Shown here: one piece after another, positions 13,014 to 25,054 of the stretch
How the letters are laid out: each line of letters begins with the position of its first letter
Numbering within the stretch: the stretch's first letter is position 1
Assembly (NCBI GenBank): GCA_965153355.1
Contig: OZ231126.1
Coordinates: 23,374,001-23,438,000 of the forward strand
Source: Flaccisagitta enflata
Taxonomy: Eukaryota
Direction of reading: 5' to 3'
Length of the DNA stretch: 64,000 nt
Notes under the pieces: generated by a model
Seen by the model: only the letters and a program-made list of their open reading frames with translations
Databases searched by the model: none
Told to the model about the DNA's origin: nothing
Translations under genes and position numbers: made by a program

Positions 13014-15646
13014 ATGAAGATTTTCAGTGAAATGACGTGGCGACTATGGGCTTGTCCGAGAGTACAGTACATCGAGTATCTGCGCGCGGGATTTCATGCA
13101 TTTAAAGAGACTTTCACAATGGACAAACAACATACATCTATCCGTGCATGCGCTTGATTGATCCTGGACGGGACGCTTAGAAAAGCCCAGATTTAAAAAA
13201 ACGATTGCATTGGTCCCGATTATCAGATGAACAGCTTCTCGCTATTGACCAGCAAGACTTAGGTAGACAGAGAAAGTGAAGGTTTTCATGGGTTCAAATC
13301 CTGCTTTTTCAGCAAGTACAAAACTAAAAGCCGCTAAAAGCTGCTTCCTAAAAGTTGCTGTTTGTTAATGATTTGTGTTCAGCAACTTTATTGCTACATT
13401 GTATAAAAAGTTACAAATCATAACGCCATCAGATCTATATCACTGACAAATGATACACGGCAATCCAGTCGCGGACGGTTGGGCAGGAGCAGTAATGCGA
13501 AAACCGCTCGCAATTCAAAAATGTTACCGACGGACCAACGGACCGACGGACCCACGGACTGACTGACACGGCAAGGTGTAGAGTCGCGTGTCCGCGACTA
13601 AAAACGGACTTGAAACTCACTTTCCCTCGCTAACTTAGGTTTGTTTTTTAACCACTGTAACTTCGTTTTCTACTGTAGCTTAAGCGCTAATATTTTTAGC
13701 TCTAACACTCTGGAATGATGAAAGAAAAGGCTAAGCCACTTGACTGAGTATTGTTTACAAAAAAGAAATGGCTCACGGTAGAGGAGAGATGAGAGACGGA
13801 GAGATGTTAGGATACACATCTTAAACCTGTGAAATTGAAACCAATCAAAATGGTTTTCCTCATCTTAAAACAAGGCTGGATACACTGCTACCCTAGTCGA
13901 GTGCGGGTCGGCAGAATTTGAGTTTTAAGAACATTTGGGCAGGAGCAGTGAGGCCGAAGACCACAAAGGCATAAAAAAAAGTAAAATGGGGGCCAACCGA
14001 CCGACCGACCACTGGATGGACATGGCCGCCACCCCCTTATTTTCCATAAGAAATGTACAGGAAGGATTTTAACCCTCAATGTTTCCTACACTTTATAATG
14101 GGAATAAGGCAGGGTAGCGGCCATGAGCAGACTTTATCCAATCACCCCCAAATTTTGGATTATTCATCCATGTGGGAAATGGTCACATTTTCTCCGTGGG
14201 CATCATAAGATTTGACTATGAGCCCACTTTAGGCCACCCTAATACCAAGGCTTTCTGTGTTTTAGTTTCTACCAACTTAGATCCATTTAAAACAGTTGTG
14301 CAAAATCGAGTCTTCTTGCACAATTGGCACAGTAATTGGTAAACAGGCGTTAGGTTACGCCATTAGTGGGGTGGGATGAAAACAAAAAGAAATTTACCAT
14401 TATCTTTATTTCATTTCCGAATCACATGATTTAGGTTACGCAATATTGTCACCAGACGCTCAGGTGCCCCTCACCAGTTTCCATATGAATGTATTAGTGG
14501 GAGGGTCTGTAAAAAAATTGAAAAAAATAGAAAATTCGCATTTTGTACAGTGGGGTTTGTGCCAAATACGCTGAAAGAACATTAGTATTTTCTGTAAGAA
14601 ATAGCTCGTTTGACCATTGGCATTGCTAGGGAGCATCATTTAACTGTTGCTAGATATGACGCTCCCTAGGCATTGGGGAAAAGCTCCCACACTTGTTGCC
14701 TAGATAACCTCCTTATTCACTAGCTGATAGGATCATCAGATCTTTTTTTTATATTTTGATTTTTCCTTAACGGAAAAGAGAAAAGTTTAGACCGCCGTCC
14801 TAGTTGTAAAGAACAATATGCAGATTTGGAATTCTCATCATAAGCTCGATCGGGCAAGTATTTCTAATTTTAAAGCACCAGGACTTAAAATGAACAAAGG
14901 AAATTGTTCATAATTATTTATTATTTCTGATGTAAGTGGTTCACAATCAATTTTTTTACCGTCCATACTAAGGGAAAGTTATAGCAAACTTCATTCTGAG
15001 CAATGTTCCTTCTGCAAATATTTTCAAAAGATTTTTTTTTTAGCAATTATGAAGGATCAAAAAAATGTTGGTTTCCATGGCAACCAACAAAGTCAGGCAC
15101 ACAAGTATCAATTGAGCACCTAAATTTCAAATATACAGTTAATCAAATTAAATTGAGATACTTAAATAGCTTCATCCAGTTTAGGGTATTAATGCACTTA
15201 CCCCACTGTATGCATCAAGATACCAGTTCAATTCACAAGACACTTTCTTGTCACTACTCACTACACAGGCCAATATTGTTATCAAATTCCTCACCCAAAA
15301 AAGTGACAATGGCAAACAAGAGTAATTTGAGATGTTTAAAAGCGGCGAAAGTTTTAAGAGCACCAAAGCTGGGTTCAAAATAAGTCATTGCCAATCATAA
15401 AAGGGTAGCATTGAATGAAGGAATGCATTCTATTTACAAGACAAATATGACATAGTAAGACATACGAGTTGTAACTTCTTGCCCGCGAAAGTTTTTGAAA
15501 AGCCACTTTTTTCTCAACAGGATTCTTTTGAATATTTCACATACATTGATTTTAAAAGAATCAGAATTTTTCTTTCTTTTTTTTTCTTTCTTTCTTTCTT
15601 TTTTTTTTTTTCGACCAACAATATTCATCCACTTTTCCGCGTGGTC

Positions 15647-15925
15647 TTAAACGTGATTTCCGCAGACTGCCTCGTCATAGTTGGGTGGTAGGTCCACGTC
15701 ACCCGCGTCAATTACGTCACCAACCATCGCGCCATGTTCGTAGACGACAGGAACGCCACCGATGGCGCAGCCGCCGGCTTGATCATTTTTGAACGCTGGC
15801 GTCGCTGATGAAGTGACAAAATAGATTTTGTCGGTGCGGTCGTCATCGTCGTGAGCGCAGCAGCAACCGCCGCAGCAACTGCAAGCGTCGTCTTGACGAA
15901 TGGCGATGGAAGCGGCGACGATACC
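15647..15925 (-). CDS. Probable terminal exon of a host membrane-protein gene (end of a hydrophobic segment, Cys cluster, C-terminal PPxY); MS4A/CD20-like tail architecture
   Basis: GC-rich 92-codon open frame GIVAASIAIRQDDACSCCGGCCCAHDDDDR...DLPPNYDEAVCGNHV* followed by AT-rich UTR-like sequence; cut at its 5' edge by the LTR element. Confidence 0.6.
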   Translation of the reverse strand, partial: GIVAASIAIRQDDACSCCGGCCCAHDDDDRTDKIYFVTSSATPAFKNDQAGGCAIGGVPVVYEHGAMVGDVIDAGDVDLPPNYDEAVCGNHV

Positions 15926-16850
15926 TGTTAGAAATGTACGTCTGTCCGTCTCTTAGGTGTGTGTGCCTTCTGTCTCTTTTGCGTGCTTTTGGCTTTTTCT
16001 CTTTCTCTACTATTCGATGCCCGTGTCTTTTGTTTCTTGCCATTTTTTATATTGGACGCTAGATGGGTAACCATATGGTTGCGCCTTGATTTTGTGCCAT
16101 TTGTTTTTACTACGTAGGCAAATATACGTAACTCGTCTTTCGTATCATCCAATTTTTGGATTGATTGATTTTATTTAATTACGGCATCGCTTCTTAGAGT
16201 GATTGATTGATTTTTATGATCGTTTGAATGCGCCCTTGGAATTCACTAATTTCAATAATCTCTCATCTTTTTATTGCAGATAAACTAATGAACGGACAAT
16301 TAACGTTAATTTGACATCGACAGACTGTGGGTTGAAACCAACGAAAGTGGGCCTAAAAGTAAGTTTTATAGACGTGTTTCTGCTTTTATTAACGTTGTTT
16401 TTATCTTGTCTTCCGGTCTGTTATTTTTGTCTTTTGCCCTTTTGCATTTTTATCGCCGGATTTTAGTATGGTTTTTATCGCTTGTCCGATCAGCTTGCTA
16501 TAGGGATGATATGGATGAATTTAATGGGATGGGCCGGGGCAGGGGCAGGTATTATCAGGTGGCATGGGCTCTGAAGAAGATGAACATGTTGTCATGTGCT
16601 GTTTCTGTCCTTTATTGTGTCCTATCTCGATTTCATGTTATCTTTTGCGTTTGCTGATCACAATTAACGCCCACTTTCCCTTTCATTTTTCCCCCTCTCT
16701 TCAGTTGTTGAAATTTTTTTATGGAATAAACGAGACGATCGCCTTCCTATTTTCCAATCGGCCAACTTTCTTTCACCACAAGTCGTCAGTCAGATAGACG
16801 CTCATAGACAGTGCCAGTTGAAACTCGTGGGCGTAATTTATATTTCAACA
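15926..16850 (+). repeat. 5' LTR (925 bp)
   Basis: TGTTAGAAAT...ATTTCAACA (TG..CA with imperfect terminal inverted repeat); AATAAA at 16725; repeated at 28189. Confidence 0.95.
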
Positions 16851-16905
16851 ATTTAAAAACGACTCGATTCTTTTCATCTTCGACCTCCGAAAGCGAAATT
16901 GGACA

Positions 16906-19900
16906 ATGGCAGCCGCGCGTAACGACGACACCGTCTCGACTGCTTCAACGTCATCTCGTGTATCTCACTTCGGTTTGAATCAGTGTCCGAGGTCGAATCG
17001 TTTGCGCGCAATGAGGAACGACATCACTGCGGAAATGGAAGGATGCCGGCGCCTTTTCGACGCCGTTTCTACTTGCACCGAAGGAACGAATGATTTCGAC
17101 GACGCCGCCTGTGAATCGGATGGCGCTCGACACGGCCTTCGGGACATGGTCTACGACTTTATATCGTATGCAAGACAAATGGCGCTCGACTCGATGCCCG
17201 GCGACCCTCTTCGATTCGCGGCGTCTTCTTTGCGTCGAATCCGGCGCGAATGGGACTCCATGCGTTTCTTTGATCGTGAAAACTATCCAGAGGGTTTTCC
17301 TTCCAACGCTGACATCGTGAACGCAGTGCACAATGACATTGGGAATCGCAAAAGACCCGTCAACGAATTCTCATGGAATAGTCTCCCAACTGACACCCAC
17401 GCCGCCCGTGACAATGTTACCGGCGCTCCGACTCCAAGGATGCGAACGTCTTCGCCAAACCCCGACGGATCCGAGTATCTACCACTTCCGGTCCCACGAC
17501 ATGGTGCGCAATCTCCAACTGGCGGCCAATTTTTAAATCTGCCGCCGATCCAAAGAGGAGATGCCGTCAATCAATGGGTATCAGATTTGGTCTCGGAAAT
17601 TGAACCTGCGCGTGCGTCTCCTATGGAGCAAGCTGACGACATGCTTGCGGATCTCGACGACGCCGACGCTCTCGCAAGAGGCCGCGGGATCATCAACGGA
17701 TTGACGCCGCAGGAGAGGGCGAGGCGACGCTTCGTCAACAGGAGTGCTGAGAGAGACAGATGGGGCAGGCAGTTGGAGAGGAAATGCGACAAGGCCGTCG
17801 GCTGATTGACGATATGCAGCAGCAACAACGGGAGGAGGAGCAGCGACAGCAGCAGGAGCAACAGCAGCAGCATCAATTGCAGATGCAGCAGCAGCAACTC
17901 CAACAGCAACGTCAACTCCACCGACCACAGGAGCAGCAGCAAACGACGGCTCAACGGCAGCAGCAAGAGCTGTTGCAGCAGCAGCAGTTGCAGCAACTCC
18001 AACAATTTTGTCAACAAGATCCTGCAGCCGGCGCTCATCATCAACAACAACACGATCAACAGCAGCAACAACAGCAACAGCAACAACAACAAGAGCTGCG
18101 ACAAACGGCAATGCAGCCGCACGAACAACAACAACAGCGGCAAAACGATGCAGGAGAAAGTACGCAACAGCAACAGCAGCAGCAACAGCAACCTCCCGCC
18201 GCAATCCCAGCGGTGGTGGTGGATCCTCCAGCTTCAAACAACCATCTTGTCGAAAGCATGAACGTCAGTGAGGAGACAGAAGAAGAGAGACAGCAACGCC
18301 TTGCAGATCAACGGCTGCGCATGATGGCTGAAGGTGAAGGTGGTGGTGCAGCAACAGCTCCAAAGGCGCCGATCGCGGTGCCATTGGGATTCCAACAGCG
18401 AAGCTCATCACAAGAAGACAAAGAGTTATACGACAGAATGTGTAACTTTCGCCAGCAGCAGCAACGAGATGAAGATAGAAGAGCGGGAATATTCAACAAT
18501 GCGGCAGAAATGCAACGAAAGCACTGGAATAGCCTGAACGACGGCGGCATTGGTGGGGCTTTAGAGCAGCGTGATGTGAAGCTTAGGCAACTGTCTGAGC
18601 TGGAACAGCAGCAGCCGCAGCATCCGCCAAAAGACCGTCGATCTATCTTCAGAAACTTCAATCCTTCAATTCGAACACACAGCAACGTCATGTGCAGTCA
18701 GTGGAAACGTCCGTCAAGCAGCCGATGCAGCAGCAGCAACAGTGGGAGCAGCAGCAGCAGCAAGGACAACGTCAGCGTCAACTGCAGCAGCAGAATGAAC
18801 AGCAACAGCGTCCTGACCAGCAGCAGCAGCTTCAACATCAACAGTGGCAGCAGCAACGGCTTCAACAACAGCAACAGCATCAAGATCAGCATCATCAAGC
18901 CCCAGCAGCAACGATTCTCCCTACCGCACCGGAAGTGATCTTCGAGAAGCAGATTGGCTCTGCTAGAAGGGAGACTGGTCTTCCCCATCAAGAGGAAAAG
19001 GTCTTCAACACAGCCGGAAGCGGAGGTGATGCAACGGAGGCGATGCGCAGGAGGCAGAAACAGGAGGCCGCTGACGCGAAGTTGGCACAACAGCTGCAAG
19101 ATAAAGAGAGAAGGAAAGTCGCTCCTAAGAAGACAACGAATGGATTGCAGCCGAAGGCGCCGAAAGTAGCGCAAGCGCCTCCAGTAACGCCTCAAGCGGA
19201 AGTCATCCAGCAGAATCAACGTTTGCAGCAAGAAGTGGATAGTTTGAAGATGCAGATTCAGCAGAGAGACTTTGACCTTGCCGCAGCGAGAGCGGAAGAA
19301 AAACAACGAAAAGAAGAACAACAACAGCGACAGTACGTCCGCCAAGACTTTGATGCTCCCCGATTCCATCAAGATGATCGTCAACAACAAGTGAATCAGC
19401 AAGAGGAAGTGGGGTGGAGCGTTAAAACCACCAAAAAGAGATCTCCGGTGAAAGTCGGGGGTCAATACGCCTTCGTCCAACAACCCCCAGCGTATCATCA
19501 AGTGGAGCATCATCAAGTAGCCCGTCAACCGGAAGTCCACGTTCAGATGCCCAACAATCCGGCTCTGGACAGGTTTTTGGAAAGAGCGACGTACAATGAT
19601 CTCATGCGAGCAAGGGAGGTCGGCCTCAAAGCGTTGGAGAGAGCAAGACCTGAGAAGCCTCTGCAGGAGCTTTCATCCACCGACTTTATGATGTGGAAGA
19701 GGAAGTTTAAAGATGCTGAGAAGCATGAAGGCTTGACGCAAATGGACATCTTATTGGAATTGCCTAAGTGGTTTGCTGGTCCGGCAAAAGAGATCATAGA
19801 AACTGCGACGATTGATGCAACTGAAGCGACAGCAAGAGGAGAGATTGACGACGCCTTCGCAAAAATGGACGTCGTCTTTATGGCAAGGCGCTGCAACATT

Positions 19901-20683
19901 GCGGCGCTGTTCAACGAAATCGTCGCGGAGGCAAAGATCCAGTCGGCCGACCATGCAAGGCATTTCAATTTGTCTGCAAGGTTGCAAAAGGCAAAGAAGA
20001 TTGCGAGGACCTGTGGAGAAGTGCAACAATGCTATCGTGACGAGCTGCTGCAGGAGATTCTCAACAAGAGGGTCCCTCATCTTGCAGATAAATTCTGGGA
20101 AAAGCAACATGAAGCAGCCCTAAATGGACAATTGTTTTCATTCGACAACTTGGTCAATATGATCGAGACATGGGCGGTGATTCAGCGCAACAAAGGCGCA
20201 AGCTGCAAAACAGCATCAGTGGCAGCAGTCGCAACTACAGAGAAAGAAGCGCCATCATCATATGAAGATGCTTTGACCAATGGCAAGCAAAAGACGCAGT
20301 CGACGGACCGCTGCAACGTCTGCAGTGGAATGCATCAAACGGAAAACTGTCATCAACTATTAGAGTTGGAAGTGGACGCGAGAGTTCAAAAGATCATGTC
20401 TCGCCGTCTTTGCTTCCACTGTCTCACGCCAGGACACAACGCCAAAGAATGCGTGAACAGACCGACTTGCCAAACCTGCAAGAAGCGGCACGCGATTCTC
20501 CACGGGCGCACCTACAAGAAAGAAGAAAAGGAAGAGAAGAAAGGAGAAAACAAGCAGGGAAATAAAGTACCGCTGGCTCCCTTCAAAAAGTCAGAGGATG
20601 CGGCTGCAGCAGCACCAACAGCTCCGTCGACGACGGAGGCAGCCAATCCAACGGAAATCATCTCTCCTAACGCCACGGCATGA
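16906..20683 (+). CDS. gag: gag (glutamine-rich, ~1250 codons across two frameshifts near 17800 and 18680)
   Basis: ORFs 16906-17805, 17760-~18690 and 18692-20683; BEL-type knuckles CNVCSGMHQTENC, CFHCLTPGHNAKEC, CQTCKKRH; long polyQ tracts. Confidence 0.85.
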
Positions 20684-23600
20684 CTGGCGGCGACGGCAAC
20701 GTCGCGGTCCGTCTCTTCATTCGACGACGTTGTCCGTCCGATCGTTCCAGTGACTATATTAAACAATTCTTCGGGTGCGCAGAGGACGATATATGCTATG
20801 ATCGACTCAGGCGCTGATCGCGACGTGATCAGTACCAGCCATTCGCAGTCTTCTGATTCCAACAAAACAGTGCAAATGACGGTGATTACTGTGGGAAGTC
20901 ATGCTGTTGAGGATCGTTTCATCGCATCATTCACCATGCAATCGGTCGACGAGGAATACGCCGCCGACATCAGCGACGCATTGGTGGGTGATTTGTTAAC
21001 GAGTGAACGCGATATTCCTCCTTTTCTCCGCGACCTATCTGACCAACCTCACATCGAAGGCATAAAATTTCCAGAAGCTGAAGGCGGTGTGATGATGATC
21101 ATCGGAGCGGCGCATGCGGATGCCGCTGTCGCTCAAGAAATCCGCGAGGGCCTTCAGGATCTTTGACTTGCTTTAGATGTCTATTCGGTTGGACTGTATG
21201 TGGAAAAACGGGCAAAAGAGGACGAGATATTGCATCGATCAACGCTATCGCGACGGATGACCGCGTCCTCAACGATAATATCGATCGCATCCTCGACAAT
21301 CGCGTCCTCAACAGCAACATCGACCGCATCTTCTACCATGACTTTGCATCATCAATCGTCTCGCAAGAGGAGATGGGTGATTCTCGAAAATGTCAGAGCG
21401 TGCAAAACGTTAGAGGAAAAATATATTTTTGCCCAATTGTGAAAAAGTACTTTGCTCCCGTCACATGGAAATTTCATCATGAAAAAATCATGGAGATTCT
21501 GAGAAGAGTCAAATCACGACCGACTGCGATGAAGCGACTCGGCAACCAACGTTTTCGCTTCAAGCGTGATCCAGCCTTCAAAGAAAGAGTCTTCCGTGAA
21601 ATCGAGAAGTTTTACGAGACGGGAGTGGCGATTGAGATTGACAACGTCGATTTACGACGACGGCATTGAGAAGTCGCGCTGGTACTTGCCGCTTCATATT
21701 GTCGAATTGCGCGGAAAAACGCGCGTATGTCACGATGCGCGTGCGGCGACCGACGGGATCTCACTCAATGATTTGCTCGTCGGAGGCCCAAATTTGATGA
21801 ATAGCCTGATGGACATCCTCATGTGTTGTCAGTGGAAAATCGCCTTTATGTGTGACATAAAGGCGTTTTCCACCAAATCCGCGTCCATCCTGACGACGCT
21901 GATTTATTCAGATTCTTTTGGTTCAAAGATCGCACTCTTCGAAGCAATTTTGAATCTGTTTTTCACACGTCTTCGGCAGCCAATCCAGCTCATTCGTCAC
22001 ATCTTTCACCGTCAGAAAGCATGCTGAAGTAATCCGGCCCAAATACCCCTACAACGTCTACGATCTTATTCGCTATGGCTTTTACGTCGACGACGGAAGT
22101 GGGGGTGGGGATTCGGTCGACGAAGCACTGCAACTAAAGGTGGATTCAGTGGCGGCGATGGCGGAAGGCGGGATGGACCTTGTGAAGTGGAAGAGCAATG
22201 CGCGGCAATTGATGGATGGAGATCCAAATGTGCCAATCCCCATTTCAGATAAGCAAGATGATGCGCCGACGAAGGTGTTGGGCGTCTCATGGCTTCCGGC
22301 GGAAGACGTCTTTATTTTCATCTGCGACGAAGAATTCAAAACTCTTAGAGCAAAACACCTCGTCAATTGGTCTCTATGCAAGCGAAACTTTACGATCCAT
22401 TGGGCTTTTGGAGTCCAAGCGCATACATCGGCAGACGTCATCTTCAACTCTGTCGTCCACAGGAAGTGGGATGGGATTCGCCCTGGAAGAGAGCGTCGAG
22501 GAATCTTCTTCCGCTATACTTTCATCTTGGCCTCTTCTACAACAATATCGAATTGAACGCTGGTGGAATGGCGGCGTCGACAATAGCGACATTGCGGAAG
22601 TAACAATCGAGTTATTTTGCGATGCAGCTCCAAAAGGCGGATATGGAGCAGTTGCATATCGACGTCAAGTCAACCGAGATGGAGATGTTCACATTTCATT
22701 CATCGCCTCCAAATCTCACGTCATTCCTCTCAATCCAAAACGTGCCTCTCATCACAACAGCGTTCCACGCGTCGAGATTGTATCCGCAGAAAAGCAGTGC
22801 AGCTCAAACGCTTCGTCGGAAGGACCATCAACTTGGACAATCTCGTCGCCAGATTTTGGTCCGATTCTGAATCTGCACTGAAGATGATTTATAATCCGGC
22901 AAAACCGAGGCCTGTATTCTTCGCCAATCGTCTCTCCAAGATCCATAGTGGGTCTGATCCTCAACAGTGGCGCTGGGTTGACTCACAAACAACCCGGCGG
23001 ATCACTGTAGCAGAGGCATCCAGGCCCATGAAGCCGAAAAATGGCGTCAATTCCATCAAGGCCCTGCATTTTTGCCTTTCCCAAGATCAATGGCCAAAGA
23101 CGAACATCGCGACGTGCCCTATTTCTGCACAGGTCGCCGCTCTGTATGCGGCTGAGAGTGAAAAGAAACAAGTGGCTGACGCGATACTTCTGCAGCCGCT
23201 TCTCGGGGAAAATGGATGCAGAAATTGCGGATTATCGGCATGGTTCTCATCGCAGGAAAAGGTGGAGAGCCTATCCAAGGGCGAAGACACGAGCAACAAA
23301 AGATCTCCTTCCAAAACCGGAAGTGACGCAAGACGTCGTGGAGGAGGCGCGCAAACAGCTCGTCAAGTCAATGCAGCGGCAGCATTATTCTGACGTCTTC
23401 GAACAATTGAATTGGGAAAGTTTTCAAGCCAGAAAGCCGTCGTGACTTCATCATAAAGAACAAGGAGATGCGGAAACTGAACCCTTTCGTCGACGACGAC
23501 GGCATCCTTCGCGTCGGCAGTCGATTGCAAAATGCCGACATCTCTCACGACGCTAAATTTCCCTTTATCCTGCCGCCAAAAGACGAGAATGTGAAATCAT

Positions 23601-24703
23601 TAATTCGCCATTATCATCATAATGATTTTCACGCGGGTGCAAAGCATACATTGTGCCAATTACGCCAATTTGTGTGGATTACAAAAGGTCTTCAGGCCGT
23701 CAAGAGCGTCGTCAACACGTGCTTTAGATGCCAGAAGAACTTAAAAAGAACGCAAATCAGCAAATGGCCAATCTTCCATCAAATCGCGTCAATCCGGCGC
23801 CTGTCTTTGCAGAGACTGGATTGGACGTCATGGGGCATTTCATGGTAAAAATGAACGGGCGTGCTGATCACAAGGTGTGGATCGCAGTGTTCACCTGTTT
23901 CGTGTCACGCGCCGTCCATGTGGAATTGCTCTTCAACATGTCAGCCGATGCGATGGTAAATGCAATCATCCGCTTTGCAGCAAGGCGCCCAGGAATCCGC
24001 CGTTTCACATCAGATTGTGGGACGAATCTAGTCGGCGCCAACAACATCCTCAAGAAGGAAATGGAAGCTTGGAACCGCTCGTCAACTCCTGAACTGCAGC
24101 GGCGCGGCCTTCGGTGGGATTTTATCACGCCGAGAACACCCCACTATGGAGGGGTGTGAGAATCGTTGTTCTTTAAGCGCCATCTTGCTTCCATCTCAAC
24201 TGGCGCCATCCTCCACGCCGACGCCTTCAACACTGCCGTCGTCGAAGGAAGGAATTCTCAATCGTCGTCCTCTACAGCGCTCAGCGGATGATCCAAATGA
24301 CTCTGAGGCCCTTACACCGAATCATATCCTCAATCCATCAACATCCGGCCATGCCCCTCTAGATCTGGTGCAACAAGGCGTCAATTCTGACGCCGACTCC
24401 GCGAAGATTCAATGGAGGCGTGCGCAATCGCGTGTGGATGCATTTTGGAAATCGTGGAGGGTCGAATATTTGTCGCTTCTTCATGCGCGAAGCAAATGGT
24501 CGAGATCTGAGAAAGACTTTGCGGTGGATGACATGGTCATCGTCATGGACGAAACGCTGCCTCGTCACAATTGGAGCTTAGGACGTGTCATGGGCGTCGA
24601 GGGTTCGTCAGCCCATGTCCGGAGGGCTCACATCCGGCGCCAAGATGGAAAGATCGTGACGAAAGACCGCACGAAGCTCGTGCGGCTGGAATTGGACTCA
24701 TAA
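20684..24703 (+). pseudogene. pol: pol (aspartic protease, RT, RNase H, integrase, C-terminal DUF5641-like domain), multiply frameshifted
   Basis: YAMIDSGAD (PR); VCHDARA, GPNLMNSL, CDIKAF, FYVDD ~22083 (RT); FCDAAPKGGYGAVAY, WSDSE (RH); LNPFVDDDGILRVGSRL, FTCFVSRAVHVEL, SDCGTNLVGA, PHYGG (IN); WRRAQSRVDAFWKSWRVEYL. Confidence 0.92.
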
Positions 24704-25054
24704 AAAACGCTAAGTTTTGAGAGAGAGAGAAAAAGGCGCATGGGCCTGTCCATTAGTAACTATAGATATGAGTGATTGATACTCTGACTTGTTATATTTA
24801 CAAAGAGTTGTTATTATTCATATTTGGTTCTGATTATCCATGCTTTCATCTTTCCTCTTGTCAATTATGTTGTCCATTTCCATTTACACATCAAAACACT
24901 GATTCATTCGCCCTGTCTATATGTACATATTATTGTGCCAAATCCGTTCTTACCTTTATCAGTTCTTCAACACGAACATTTCAAAGCTTCCGCTGACGAC
25001 GTCATTCCATCTACGAAGTCAGTTTGCATCTTGAAGTCGCTCGTCGGAGTCAAG

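Noticed and set aside
17571-19540. Long minus-strand poly-Leu/Val/Ala ORFs
   Set aside because: Antisense shadows of the CAG/CAA-rich gag
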